A stretch of 64,000 nucleotides of DNA from Squalus acanthias (taxonomy: Eukaryota). Within the stretch, counting starts at the first letter, position 1, and every line of letters begins with the position of its first letter. The stretch spans positions 3,968,001-4,032,000 of the forward strand of contig JASTWF010000034.1 in the NCBI GenBank assembly GCA_030390025.1, given 5' to 3'. Both the position numbers and the translations under genes were made by a program. Positions 50,401 through 63,887 of the stretch are shown in pieces. The notes under the pieces were generated by a model. That model saw only the letters and a list, made by a program, of their open reading frames with translations. It was not told where the DNA came from and ran no database searches.

Positions 50401-52088
50401 ACAATGCCCAGTGTCAGTGACTCTGTACCCACAATGCCCAGGGTCAGTGACCCTGTACCCACAATCCCCAGTGTCAGTGACAATGTACCCACAATGCCCA
50501 GTGTCAGTGACTCTGTACCCACAATGCCCAGTGTCAGTGACACTGTACCCACAATGCCCAGGGTCAGTGACACGGTGTCCACAATGCCCGGGGTCAGTGT
50601 CCCTGTACCCACAATGCCCAGGGTCAGTGACTCTGTACCCACAATGCCCAGGGTCAGTAACCCTGTACCCACAATGCCCAGTGTCAGTGACTATGTACCC
50701 ACAATGCCCAGGGTCAGTGACCCTGTACCCACAATGCCCAGTGTCAGTGACTCTATACCCACAATGCCCAGTGTCAGTGACACTGTACCCACAATGCCTA
50801 GTGTCAGTGACTCTGTATCCACAATGCCCAGGGTCAGTGACTCTGTACCAACAGTGCCCGGGGTCAGTGGCCCTGTACCCACAATGCCCAGTGTCAGTGA
50901 CTCTGTATCCACAATGCCCAGGGTCAGTGACTCTGTACCCACAATGCCCGGGGTCTGTGGCCCTGTACCCATAATGCCCAGTGTCAATGATCCTGTGCCC
51001 ACAATGCCCGGGCTCAGTGGCCCTGTGACCACAATACCCAGGGCGTGTGACTCTGTACCCACAATGCCCAGTGTCAATGACCCTGTACAAACAATGCCCA
51101 GCGTCAGTGGCCCTGTACCTACAATGCCCAGGGTCAGTGGCCCTGTACCCACAATGCCCAGGGTCAGTGGCCCTGTACCCACAATGCCCAGGGTCAGCGG
51201 CCCTGTACCCACAATGCCCAGGGCGAGTGACTCTGTACCCACAATGCCCAGGGTCAGTGACACTGTGTCCACAATGCCCGGGGTCAGTGACTCTGTAGCC
51301 ACAATGCCCAGGGTCAGTGACCCTTTACCCACAATGCCCAGTGTCAATGATCCTGTACCCACAATGCCCAGTGTCAGTGACACTGTGTCCACAATGCCCG
51401 GGGTCAGTGGCCCTGTACCCACAATGCCCAGTGTCAGTGTCCCTGTACCCACAATGCCCAGGGTCAGTGACTCTGTACCCACAATGCCCAGTGTCAGTGA
51501 CCATGTACCCACAATGCCCAGTGTCAGTGACCCTGTACCCACAATGTCCAGGGTCAGTGACTCTGTACCCACAATGCCCAGGGTCAGTGACCCTGTACCC
51601 ACAATGCCCAGTGTCAGTGACAATGTACCCACAATGCCCAGTGTCAGTGACTCTGTACCCACAATGCCCAGTGTCAGTGACTCTGTACCCACAATGCCCA
51701 GTGTCAGTGACTCTGTATCCACAATGCCCAGGGTCAGTGACTCTGTACCCACAATGCCCAGTGTCAATGGTCCTGTACCCACAATGCGCAGTGTCAGTGA
51801 CTCTGTACCCACAATGCCCAGGGTCAGTGAACCTGTGTCCACAATGCCCAGGGTCAGTGGCCCTGTACCCAGAATGCCCAGGGCGAGTGACTCTGTACCC
51901 ACAATGCCCAGTGTCAATGATCCTGTACCCACAATGCCCAGTGTCAGTGACTCTCTACCCACAATGCCCAGGGTCAGTGATTCTACCCACAATGCCCAGG
52001 GTCAGTAACGCTGTACCCACAATGCCCAGTGTCAATGATGCTGTGCCCACAATGCCCGGGCTCATTGACGCTGTACCCACAATGCTGA
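47487..52088. repeat. 30-bp minisatellite (~150 units), third copy
   Basis: Same unit and flanks; contains an internal ~1.74-kb higher-order duplication. Confidence 0.98.
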
Positions 52089-52105
52089 ATGGCCCTTCCA
52101 CATAC

Positions 52106-52143
52106 CGGTCACCTGGGCAATGAACTCCATTGACAAATCAGCC
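52106..52143 (-). pseudogene. PEX5: 3' remnant of a PEX5 exon, duplicate of 2640-2677
   Basis: Same sequence and same deletion junction as 2640-2677. Confidence 0.85.
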
Positions 52144-53584
52144 CTGTGGGAGTACCATCACCACACGGACTGCAGCGGTTCAAGAAGGCGGCTCACCACC
52201 ACCTTCTCAAGGGCAACTCGGAATGGGCAATAAATGCTGGCCTTGCCAGCGGTGCCCAGATCCCTTAAACGAATAAAACAAAATATATATCAGTAACGGA
52301 TGAAAACGTTGGGTCTCTGTTCTCTTGAAGGCTGAGGGCTGAACTGATAAAGCTCTTTAAAATGAGGAAAGGTTTTGAAGGAGTGGATACAGAGAGAATG
52401 TCTCCACTTGTGGGGAACAGCAAAATTAGAGGCCATCAATATAAGGTAGTCACCAAGAAATCAAATAGGGAATTCAGAAGAAACCTCTTTACCTAGAGAG
52501 TGGTGGGAATGTGGAACTCGCTACCACAGGGAGTGGTTGAAGCGAATAGTATTGATGCATTTAAGGGGCAGTTAGATAAGCATATGTGGGAGAAGGGAAT
52601 AGAGGGTTACGCTGATAGAATTAGATGAGGTAAGACGGGAGGAGGCTCGAGTGGAGCATAAACGCTGGCATGGACTGGTTGGGTCGAATGGCCTGGTTCT
52701 GTGCTGTGTACCCCATGTAATCCCCTGTTACAGAGTAAAGATCTCATCAAATACCTCCAGGGCAGGTACAGTGGGTTAGATACAAAGTTCAGCTCCCTCT
52801 ACGCTGCCCCACCAAACACTCCCAGGGAAGGTACAGCACGGGATAGATACAAAGTAAAGCTCCCTCTACACTGTCCACCAAACAGTCCCAGGGCAGGTAC
52901 AGCACGGGTTAGATACAAAGTAAAACTCCCTCAACACTGCCCCACCAAACATTCCCAGGGCCGGTACAGCACAGGTTAGGGACAAAGTAAAGCTCCCTCT
53001 ACACTGCCCACCAAACAGTCCCAGGGCAGGTACATCACGGGTTAGATACAAAGTAAAGTTCCCTCTACACTGTCCCATCAAACACTCCCAGGGCAGGTAC
53101 AGCACGGGTCAGATACAGAGTAAAGCTCCCTCTACACTGTCCCATCAAACATTCCCAGGGCAGGGACAGCACGGGTTAGATACAGAGTCAAGCTCCCTCT
53201 ACAGTGCCCCACCAAACACTCCCACGGCAGGGACAGCACGGGCAAGATACAGAGTAAAGTTCCCTCCAATTTGGTTCATCAACACAACCAACTCTGATAC
53301 ATCATGTGTTCAATGCAGCGTACAGCTCCCTTGACACTACCCAATGAAGCACAACCAGCTCGGGTACAGCATGGGGTCAATACAGAATAAAGATCCCTCT
53401 ACATGCAAGTGTCAAACACGCCCGGGTGAGGTACGGGCAAGGTTTATCTCCGAGTTAAGCTCCGCTCAACTTGCTACATCAAAGGCCGAGCCTGATGGCA
53501 GATGTTGAACAGCTCCCAGTATCTGGTTAGACTCTCACCTCAGCAAAATCCTGGACTGATGGGATTCTCAGTAAAGTTCCTCAC

Positions 53585-54070
53585 CTTTCCAATCATTGTT
53601 GAAGCTTCCCGTTTTATCCCGTCTCCGACACGGGGGTCTCGATCCCACCAGATCTGCTCTGTGAACCCAGCAACATTTCTCCAGTCCCAGTCAGTGAGGC
53701 GATGATTCGACTTCTCTCTCTCCAGCTTCCTGAGATATTGCTCACTCCCAGAGACTGTCAATAGAAAAATGATTCATATTAATCCCAGATCCAGTACCTG
53801 GAATAGAGTGGGGCTGTTTTTGTGACTGGGATTGTATCTAATTTCATTATATTTGCAATTAATGTGTGTTTGAATTACTTACATTAATATTAAATTGTTC
53901 CTTTCAGCCCTTTGACCTGTTTATTGGGACTAAACTCACCCCCAGTGTCAGCTGTTACTCCAGCTCCTCCCACACTGACATCCCACTGATGGGTCGTAAC
54001 CAGGGGCGGCGCCCTGTTTCCAAGTGACATCACACAGGAGCAGGGAGCCAATCAATCAAAGAGCAGCCTG
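53585..54070 (-). pseudogene. Unidentified gene 5' cassette, copy e (exon 2 53754-53585, 170 nt)
   Basis: Paralog of copy a within the 47-kb duplication. Confidence 0.65.
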
Positions 54071-54117
54071 GAAAACTGTTAAAGCGGCCAAGCCCCTCCC
54101 AATCCCCCCGGGGCAGG

Positions 54118-57100
54118 TACATAACGAACATACGAATTAGGAGCAGGAGTCGGCCATTCGGTCCCTCAAGCCTGTTCCGCCATTCAATAAGATCATGGCT
54201 GATCTGATTACTCCACATTCCCGTCCAACCCCCGATAACCTTTCACCCCCTTGCTTATCAAGAATCTATCTACTTCCGCCTTAAAATATTCAAAGACTCT
54301 GCTTCCACCGCCCTCTGAGGAAGAGAGTTCCAAAGACTCACGACCCTCTGAGAAAAAACATTCTCCTCATCTCTGTCTCAAACGGGCGCTCCATTATTTT
54401 TAAACAGTGACCCCTAGTTCTAGATTCTCCCACAAGAGGAAACATCCTCTCCGCATCCACCCTGTCAAGACCCCTCAGGATCTTATAGGTTTCAATCAAG
54501 TCACCTCTTACTCTTCTAAACTCCAGTGGATACAAGCCTAGCCTGCCCAACCTTTCCTCATCAGACAACCCGCCCATTCCAGGTATTAGTCTAGTAAACC
54601 TTCTCTGAACTGCTTCCAACGCATTTACATCCTTCCTTAAATAAGGAGACTAATACTGTACTCAGTACTCCAGATGTGGTCTCACCAATGCCGTCCATAA
54701 CTGAAGCATAAACTCCCTACTTTTGTATTCAAATTCCCCTCGCAATAAACGTTAACATTCTATTAGCTGTCCTAATTACTTGCTGTACCTGCATACTAAC
54801 CTTTTGCGATTCTTGCACTCGGACACCCAGAACCCTCTGCAATCTCTCACCATTTAGATAATATGCTTATTTTTTATTTTTCCTGCCAAAATGCACAATT
54901 GCACATTTTCACACATTATACTCTATTTGCCAGATCTTTGCCCACTCACTTAACCTATTTATATACCTTTGTAGCCTCCATATGTCCTCTTCACAATTTA
55001 CTTTCCCAGCTATCTTTTTGTCATCAGCAAATTTAGCAACCATACATCCGGTCCCTTCATCCAAGTCATTTATATAAATTGTAAAAAGTTGAGGCCCCAG
55101 CATTATCCCTGTGGCACACGACACGTTCCATCTTGCCAACCAGAAAATGACACATTTATGCCTACACTCTGTTTCCTGTTAGCTAGCCAATCTTCTATCC
55201 ATGCCAATATGTTACCCCCGACACCATGAGCTTCTACTTTCCGAAATAACCTTTGATGTGGCACCTTATCAAATGCCTTCTGGAAATCTAAGTACAGTAC
55301 ATCCACCGCTTCCCCTTTATCCACAGCACATGTTGCTTCCTCAAAGAACTCCAAATAAATTGGTTAAACATGATTTCCCTTTCACAAAGCCATGCTGACA
55401 CTGCCTGATTACCTTGAACTTTTACAAGTGCCCTGCTATAACGTCTTTAATAATAGTTTCTAGCATCTTCCCTAAGACAGGTGTTAAGCTAACTGGCTTG
55501 TAGTTTCCTGCTTTCTGTCTCCCTCCCTTTTTGAATAAAGGAGTTACAATCGCTATTTTCTAATCTAATGGAACCTTCCCCGAATCTAGGGAATTTTGGA
55601 AAATTAAAACCAACGCATCAACTATCTCACTAGCTACTTCTTTTAAGACCCTAGGATGAAGTCCATCAGGACCCGGGGACTTGTCTGCCCCCATCTCCAA
55701 CAATTTCCTCAGTACTACTTCCCTGGTGATTGTAATTTTCTTGACTTCCTCCCTCCCTTCCATTTCCTGATTTACAGCTGTTTCTGGGATGTTACTTGTA
55801 TCCTCTGTAGTGAAGACCGATGTAAAATACCTGTTCAATTCAACTGCCATATCCTTATTTTCCATTATTAATTCCCCAGGACCAATACTCCCTTTGTTAA
55901 CTCTTTTCTTTCTAGAATAGCTATAGAAACTCTTACTATCTGTTTTTATATTTCTAGCTAGCTTTCTCTCGTACTCTAATTTTTCTCTCCTTATTAATCT
56001 TTTAGGAATTCTTTGCTGTTTGTTTATATTCTGTCCAATCTTCTGACCTGCCACCCATCTTTTCACCATTATATGCTTTTTCTTTAAGTTTGATACTATC
56101 TTTAACTTTTTTAGTTAACCACGGATGGTGGGTCCTCCCCTTGGAATTTTCTATCTCGTTGGCATGGATCTATTCTGTGTATTCTGAAATATCCCATTAA
56201 ATGTCTGCCACTGCAGCTCTATTGACCTATCGCTTACTCTAGTTTGCCAGTTCACTTTAGCTAGCTCTGCTATCATGCCCTCATAATTGCCCTTATTTAA
56301 GTTAAAAAAAACTAGTCTTGGACCAAATCTTCTCTCCCTCAAACTGAATGTAAAATTCAATCATATTATGATCGCTGCGACCTAGGGGCACCTTCACTAT
56401 GTGGTCATTAATTAATCTGATCTTGTTTCACAATACCAGGTCTACTATAGCCTGCTCTCTGGTTGGCTCCAGAACCTGCTGTTCTAAGAAACTGTCCCAA
56501 AAACATTCTATGAACTCCTCATCTAGGCTACCTTTGCCCATCTGATTTTTCCATCTATATGTAGATTAAAATCCCCCATGATTATTGCCGTACCTTTCTG
56601 ATAAGCTCCCATTATTTCTTCCTTTATACTCCATCCTAACGTGTGGTTACTGTTAGGGGGCCTGTACACCACTTCCACAAGTGACTTCTTGCCTTCATCA
56701 TTTCTCATCTGTACCCAACCCGCTTCGACATCCTGGTTTCCTGAACTTAATTCATCCCTCTATTGCGCTAATACCATTATTAATTTACAGAGTCAACCCT
56801 CCACTTTTTCCTAAATATCATGTACCCTTCAATATTCAGGTCCCAATGTTTGTCATCCTGCAGCCATGTCTGTGTAAAAGCTATCAGACTGTAATTATTT
56901 AATTCTATTTGCGACATCAGTTCAGCTGTTTTGTTTCGAATGCTTCGTGTATTCAGATACAGAGCCTTTAGTTTTGTCCTTTTATTATTTTTGTAACCTT
57001 TAGCCTTATCTGTTGATTTACTCTTAGATTTGTACTCTCTATCCCTTCCCATCACGGTCTGTTTATCATTTCCCATATTAATACCTTTCTCTCTTGTCTT

Positions 57101-57348
57101 GTTTCTGCTCTTTGAATTACCACATCTTCCCAGATTTGATCCATAGCTCCCAATAATAAGTTAAAAGCCCTCTCTACCGCCCTAGTTATATGACTCGCCA
57201 GAACACTGGTCCCAGCACGGTTCAGGTGAAGACAAACCCAACGGTACAGATCCCACATTCCCCAGTACAGGTGCTAGTGCCCCAGGAAGCGAAAACTATT
57301 TCTCCCATACCAGTCTTTGAGCTACGCATTCATCTCTCTAATTTGATG
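54118..57348 (-). mobile_element. CR1 LINE, paralog of 4652-7872
   Basis: Same motifs; ORF1 esterase-like end (WDLYRWVCLHLNRAGT) near 57190-57260. Confidence 0.95.
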
Positions 57349-57349
57349 G

Positions 57350-60090
57350 AACAGGGCAGAGGGAGCTTTAGTCTGTATCTAAACCATGCTGTACCTGCCC
57401 TGGGAGTGTTTGATGGGTATTTGTAAAGAGAGCTTTACTCTGTATCTAACCCGTGCTGTACCTGCCCTGGGAGTGTTTGATGGGTATTTGTAAAGAGAGC
57501 TTTACTCTGTATCTAACCCGTGCTGTACCTGCCCTGGGAGTGTTTGATGGGTATTTGTAGAGGGAGCTTTACTCTGTATCTAACCCGTGCTGTACCTGCC
57601 CTGATAGTGTTTGATGGGTCTTTGTAGAGGGAGCTTTACTCTGTATCTAACCCGGACTGTATCTTCCTGGGAATATTTGAAGGGACAGTGTAGAGAAAGC
57701 TTTACTTTGCATCAATCCCTGTGCTGTACCTGCCGTGGGAGTGTTCGATATGTCTTTGCAGAGGGAGCTTTACTCTATACCTAACCCGTGCACTACCTGC
57801 CCTGCAAGTATTTAATGCGACAGTGATGAGGGAGCTTTACTCTTTCAAAACAGTGCTGTACCTGCCCTGGGAGTGTTTGATGGGACGGTGTAAAGGGAGC
57901 TTTACTCTGTATCCAACCCGGGCTGTACCTGCCCTGGGAGTGTTTGTTGGGACAGTGTAGAGGGAGCTTTACTCTGTATCTGACCTGTGCTGTATTTTCC
58001 CTGCGAGTGTTTGGTGGGGCAGTTTAGAGGGAGCATTACTCTGTATCTAACCCCGTGCACTACCTGTCCTGCGAGTGTTTGATGGGGCAGTGTAGAGGGA
58101 GCTTTACTCTGCATGTAACCTGTGCTGCACCTGCCCTGGGAGTGTTTTATGGGGCAGTGTAGAGGGAGCTTTACGCTGTACCTCACCCGTGCACTACCTG
58201 CCCTACGAGTGTTTGATGGGGCAGTGTAGAGGGAGCTTTACTCTGCATGTAACCTGTGCTGCACCTGCCCTGGGAGTGTTTGATGGGACAGTGTAGAGGG
58301 AGCTTTATTCTGTATCTAACCAATGCAGTACCTGCACTGGGAGTGTATGATGGAATTCTGTAGACCTGTGCTGTACCTTTCCTGGGAGTGTTTGATGGGA
58401 GAGTTTAGAGGGAGCTTAACTCTGTATCTAACTCCGTGCACTACCTGCCCTGCGAGTGTTTGATGGGGCAGTGTAGAGGGAGCTTTACTCTACATCTAAC
58501 CTGTGCTGCACCTGGCCTGGGAGTGTTTGATGGGACAGTGTATAGGTAGCTTTACTCTGCATCTTACCTGTGTTGTACCTAAACTGGGAGTGTTTGATGG
58601 GACAGTGTAGAGGGAGCTTCATTCCATATCTAATCCATGCTGCACCTGGCCGGGACTGTTTGATGGGACAGTGTCGAGGGAGCTCTACTCTATATCTAAC
58701 CATTGTTGTATCTGACCTTGGTGTGTTTGATGGCACAATGTATCGTGAACTATACTCTGTATCTAACCCGTGCAGTATCTGGCCTGGGAGTGTTTGTTGG
58801 AACAGGATAGAGGGGTCTTTACTCTGTATCTCACCCGTGTTGTTCCAGAACTGGGAGTATTTGATGGGATAGTATACAGGGAGCTTTACTCAGTATCTAA
58901 CCCGTACTGTACCTGCCCTGGGAGAGTTTGATGGGGCAGTGTAGAGGGAGCTTTACTCTGTATCTAATCCGTGCTGTACCTGACCTGGGAGTGTTTGATG
59001 GGGCAGTGTAGAGGGAGCTTTACTCTGTATCTAATCTGTGCTGTACCAGACCTGGGAATATTTGATGGGACAGTGTAGAGGAAGCTTTACTCTGCATCCA
59101 GACCAGTGTTGTACCAGCCCTGCGAGTGTTTGATGGGACAGTGTAGCGGGAGCTTTACTCTGTATCTAACCCATGCACTTAGTGCCCTGCGAGTGTTTGA
59201 TGGGACAGTGTAGCTGGTGCTTTACTCTATATGTAACCATTGCTGTACCTGCCCTGGGAGTATTTGTTGGGATTCTGTAGAGCGATCTTTACTCTGCATC
59301 TAACCCGTGCTGTAACTGGCCTGAGAGTGTTTGATGCAACAGTGTATAGGCAGCTTTACTCTGCATCTTACCTGTGCTGTACCTGCCCTGGGAGTGTTTG
59401 ATGGGAATGTGTAGAGGGAGCTTTACTCTGTATCTAACCCGTGCTGTATCTGCCCTGGGAGTCATTGGTGGGAAAGTGTAGAGGCAGATTTACTCTGTAT
59501 CTTACTTGTATTGTACCTGACATGTGAGTGTTTGATGGGACAGTGCAGCAACAGCTTTACTCTGTATCTAACCTGTGCTGTAACTGCCCTGGAAATGTTT
59601 GATGGGACAGTGTAGAGGGATCTTTAATCTGTATCTCAACCGTACTGTTCCTGCCCTGGGAGTTTTTGATGGGACAGTGTAGAGGGAGCTTTACTCTGCA
59701 TCTAACTCGTGCTGCAGCTCCCTGGGAATGCTTGTTGGCACAGTGTAGAGAGAGCTTTACTCTCTATGTAACCCGTGCTGTACATGACCTGGGAGTTTTT
59801 GATGGTGTAATGTGGAGGGAGCATTACTCTTTATCTAACCCGTACTCAACCTGCCCTGGGAGTGTGTGTTGGGACAGTGTAGAGGGCTCTTTACTCTGTA
59901 TCTAAACCTTGCTGTACGTGCACTGGGAGTGCTTGACGGGCAGTGTATTGTGCGCTTTACTCTGTATCTAACCCATGCTGTACCTAACCTGCGAGTATTT
60001 GATGGGACAGTCCAGAGGGATCTTTACTAAGTATCTAACAAATGCTGTACCTGCACTGGGACTGTTTGATGGGACAGTGTAGTGGGAGCC
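57350..60090 (-). repeat. 67-bp satellite array, paralog of 7878-10635
   Basis: Same unit and same flanks. Confidence 0.97.
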
Positions 60091-60439
60091 TTATAACTCT
60101 TTATAACGTTATAATCCTTAATAATCATTTACCAAAGGTGTATAACGGGTTATTAAGGATTATAATGATTTATAATGGGTCATGTCACTTTATCATATTT
60201 TGCATCACTTTGTACCCCATTCAGATCCCTTTATAATCCTTTGTCAATCATTATAACACTTTATAAGCCTTTGTCGATCATTAAAACCTTTTATATTCCT
60301 TAACAATTCATCATAACTCTTTATATTCTATTATCAACCTTTATATATCATTATAATACTTTATATTCTTTTATAATAATTTATAACCCAGCATAATCCT
60401 TTATAACCCTTTATAAAGCGTCAGGATACAGCATAGGGA

Positions 60440-61485
60440 TAATGGGTAGGTACTCAAATTGGCAGGATGTGACTCGTGGTGTCCGGCAGGGCTGTGATTT
60501 GGGGCCTCAGCTATTCACAATATTTATTAATGACTTAGGTGATGTCATAGAAAGTCAGATACCCAATATTGCCGAGGACACAAAGTTAGGCAGCATTGTA
60601 GGCAGTGCAGGTGAAACCATAAAATTACAAAGGGATATTGACAGATTAAGGAAATGGGCAAAATTATGGCAAATGGATTTCAATGTAAGCAAATGTGAGG
60701 TCAATCACTTTGGACCCTAAAAGGATAGAACAGGTTACTTTCTAAATGGTGAAAAGCTAAAAACAGTGGTTATCCAAAGAGACTTGGGGAGTCCAGGTAC
60801 ATAGATCATTAAAATGTCATGGACAGGTACGGAAAATAATCAAAAAGGCTAATGGAAAGCTGGTCTTTATATCTAAAGGACTAGATTACAAGGGGGTAGA
60901 AGTTATTCTGCAGCTATACAAAACCCTGGTTAGACCACACCTGGAGTACTGTGAGCAGTTCTGGGCACCACACCTTAGGAAGGATATATTGGCCTTGGAG
61001 GGAGTGCAGCGCAGGTTTACCAGAATAATACCCAGAGTTCAAGGGTTAAGTTACGAGGAGAGATTACACAAATTAGGGTTCTATTCCCTAGAATGTAGAA
61101 GGTTAAGGGGTGACCTGAGCGAAGTTTTCAGGATATTAAGGGGAACAGATGGAATAGATAGCGAGAAACTATTTCCATTGGTGGGGATACTATGACTGGA
61201 GGCACAGTCTAAGAATTAGAGGCAGTCCTTTCAGCAGTGAAATTAGGAAACACTTCGACACACAAAGTGGTAGAAATTTGGAACTCTCTTCCACAAACGG
61301 AAGTGGAAGCTAGATAAATTGTTAATTGTAAATCGGAGATTTATTGCTTTTTGTTAAACAAAGGTATGAAGGGATATGGGCCAAAGGTGTGTTTATGGAG
61401 TTAGATAGCAGATCAGTCAATGATCGCATTGAATGGGGCAACAGGCTCGAGGGCTGAATGGCCGACTCCTCTTCCTATGTTCCTC
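60440..61485 (+). mobile_element. CR1 3' fragment
   Basis: Paralog of 10960-12006. Confidence 0.92.
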
Positions 61486-62180
61486 AGTGTAGGATCCGTT
61501 GACTTGTTAGCCCTCCCCAAATGCATTACCTCACACTTCTCTGCATTGAATTCCATTTGCCACAATTTTTCTGCATGGAGCATGAGTTATACACAGAGTA
61601 AAGATCCCTTTACACTGCCCAATCAAGTAGTCCAAGGGCAGGTACAGCATCGGTTAGATCGAGAGATACAGAGTAAAGCTCCCTTTACACTGTCCAATCA
61701 AACAGTCCAAGGGCAGGTATAGCACGGGTGAGATAGAGAGATACAGAGTAAAGCTCCCTTTACACTGCCCAATCAAACAGTCCAAGGGCACGAACAGCAC
61801 GGGTTGGATAGAGAGATACAGACTAAACCTTCCTCTGCACTGTCCACTCAAACACGTGCAGAGCAGGTACAGCGCGGGTGACATGCAAAGTACCGTCTAA
61901 TACAGCATGTGCAGTGTACAGCTCCCTTGACACTACCCAATGAAGCACAACCAGCTCGGGTACAGCATGGGGTGAATACAGAATAAAGATCCCTCTACAT
62001 GCAAGTGTCAAACACTCCCGGGTGAGGTACGGGCAAGGTTTATGTCCGAGTTAAGCTCCGCTCAACTTGCCACATCAAAGGCCGAGCCTGATGGCAGGTG
62101 TTGAACAGCTCCCAGTATCTGGTTAGACTCTCACCTCGGCAGAATCCTGGACTGATGGGATTCTCAGTAAAGTTCCTCAC

Positions 62181-62768
62181 CTTTCCAATCATTGTTGAAG
62201 CTTCCCGTTTTATCCCGTCTCCGACACGGGGGTCTCGATCCCACCAGATCTGCTCTCTGAACCCAGCGACATTTCTCCAGTCCCAGTCAGTGAGGCGATG
62301 ATTCGACTTCTCTCTCTCCACCTTCCTGAGATATTGCTCACTCCCAGAGACTGTCAACAGTAAAATGATTCATATTAATCCCAGAATACAGGGGGAGCAT
62401 TTTTGTGACCATAATTATATTCACTTTGATTATTTTTGCAATTAGGGAGTGTAATTGAATTACTTACTTTAATATTGAATAGTTCTTTTCTGTCCATTGC
62501 CCTGTTTATTGGGACTAAACTCACCCCCAGTGTCAGCTGTCACTCCAGCTCCTCCCACACTGACTTCCCACTGATGGGCCGTAACCAGGGGCAGGGCCCT
62601 GTCTCCATGTGACATCACACAGCAGCTAGGAACGATGTCACAAAGCGGCCGGAGCCCCTCCCACTCGAGCTGTCACAGGGTCACATTGACCAGGCTCTGC
62701 TCCTGGTGTGCAGTCTCACTGGGCATGAACACAGGGTGTACAATCAGCCCCGTCTCCGGGAATGAACG
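62181..62768 (-). pseudogene. Unidentified gene 5' cassette, copy f (exon 2 62350-62181, 170 nt)
   Basis: Positional paralog of copy b. Confidence 0.65.
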
Positions 62769-63720
62769 CTTACGACACCCAGCTCTACCTCACTACCTCT
62801 TCTCTCGACCCCTCCACGGTGTCTAAATTGTCAGACTGCTTGACCGACATCCAGTTCTGGATGAGCAAAAAGTTTCTCCAAGTAAATATTGGGAAGACCG
62901 AAGCCATTGTTTTCGGTCCCTGCCACCAACACCATTCCCTAGCCACAGACTCAATCCCTCTCCCTAACATCTGTCTGAGGCTGAACCACACTGTTCGCAA
63001 CATTGGTGTCATATTTGACCCTGAAATGAGCCTCCGACCACATATCCGCAGCATAACAAAGGCCGCCTACTTCCACCTCCGTAACATCGCCCGTCTTTCC
63101 CTTGCCTCCTCTCATCCGCTGCTGAAACCCTCATCCATGCCTTTGTTACTTCTAGACTTGACTATTCCAACGCACTCCTGGCTGGCCTCCCACATTCCAC
63201 CCTATGGAAACTTGAGGCCATCCAAAACTCGGCTGCCCGTGTCCTTACTCGCACCAAGTCCCGTTCACCCATCTCCCCTGTGCTCGCTGACCAACACTGG
63301 CTCCAGGTTAAGCAGCACCTCGATTTCAAAATTCTCATCCTTGTTTTCAAATCCCTCCATGGCCTCGCCCCTTCCTATCTCTAATCTCCTTCAGCCCCAC
63401 AACCCCCCGAGATATCTGCGCTCCTCTAATTCTGCCCTCGAGCATCCCTGATTATAATCGCTCAACATTTGGTGGCCGTGCCTTCTGTTGCCTGGGCCCT
63501 AAGTTCTGGAATTCCCAGCCTAAACCTCGCTACCTCTCTTTCCTCCTTGAAGACGCTCATTAAAACCTTCCACTTTGACCAAGCTTTTAGTCACCTGTCC
63601 TAATTTATCCTTCTATGGCTCAATGTCAAAATTGTTTGTCTTAAAATACTCCTGTGAAGCGCCTTGGGACGTTTTACTACGGTAAAGGCGCTATTTAAAT
63701 ACACGTTATTGTTGTTGTAC
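62769..63720 (+). mobile_element. L2 LINE 3' fragment (paralog of 13620-14700, 5' part deleted)
   Basis: ORF 62762-63451 YDTQLYL...KTEAIVFG...FHLRNIARL. Confidence 0.93.
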
Positions 63721-63887
63721 ATCTGTGGCTCTATAGAATCATAGAATGGTTACAGCACAGAAGGAGGCCATACGGCCCATCGAGCCCGTGCCGGCTCCCT
63801 TCAGGAGCACTTCAGCAAGTCCCACTCCCCCGCCCTTTCCCCAGAGCACTGCAATTGTTTTCCTTCAGGCACTTATCCAATTCCCTT

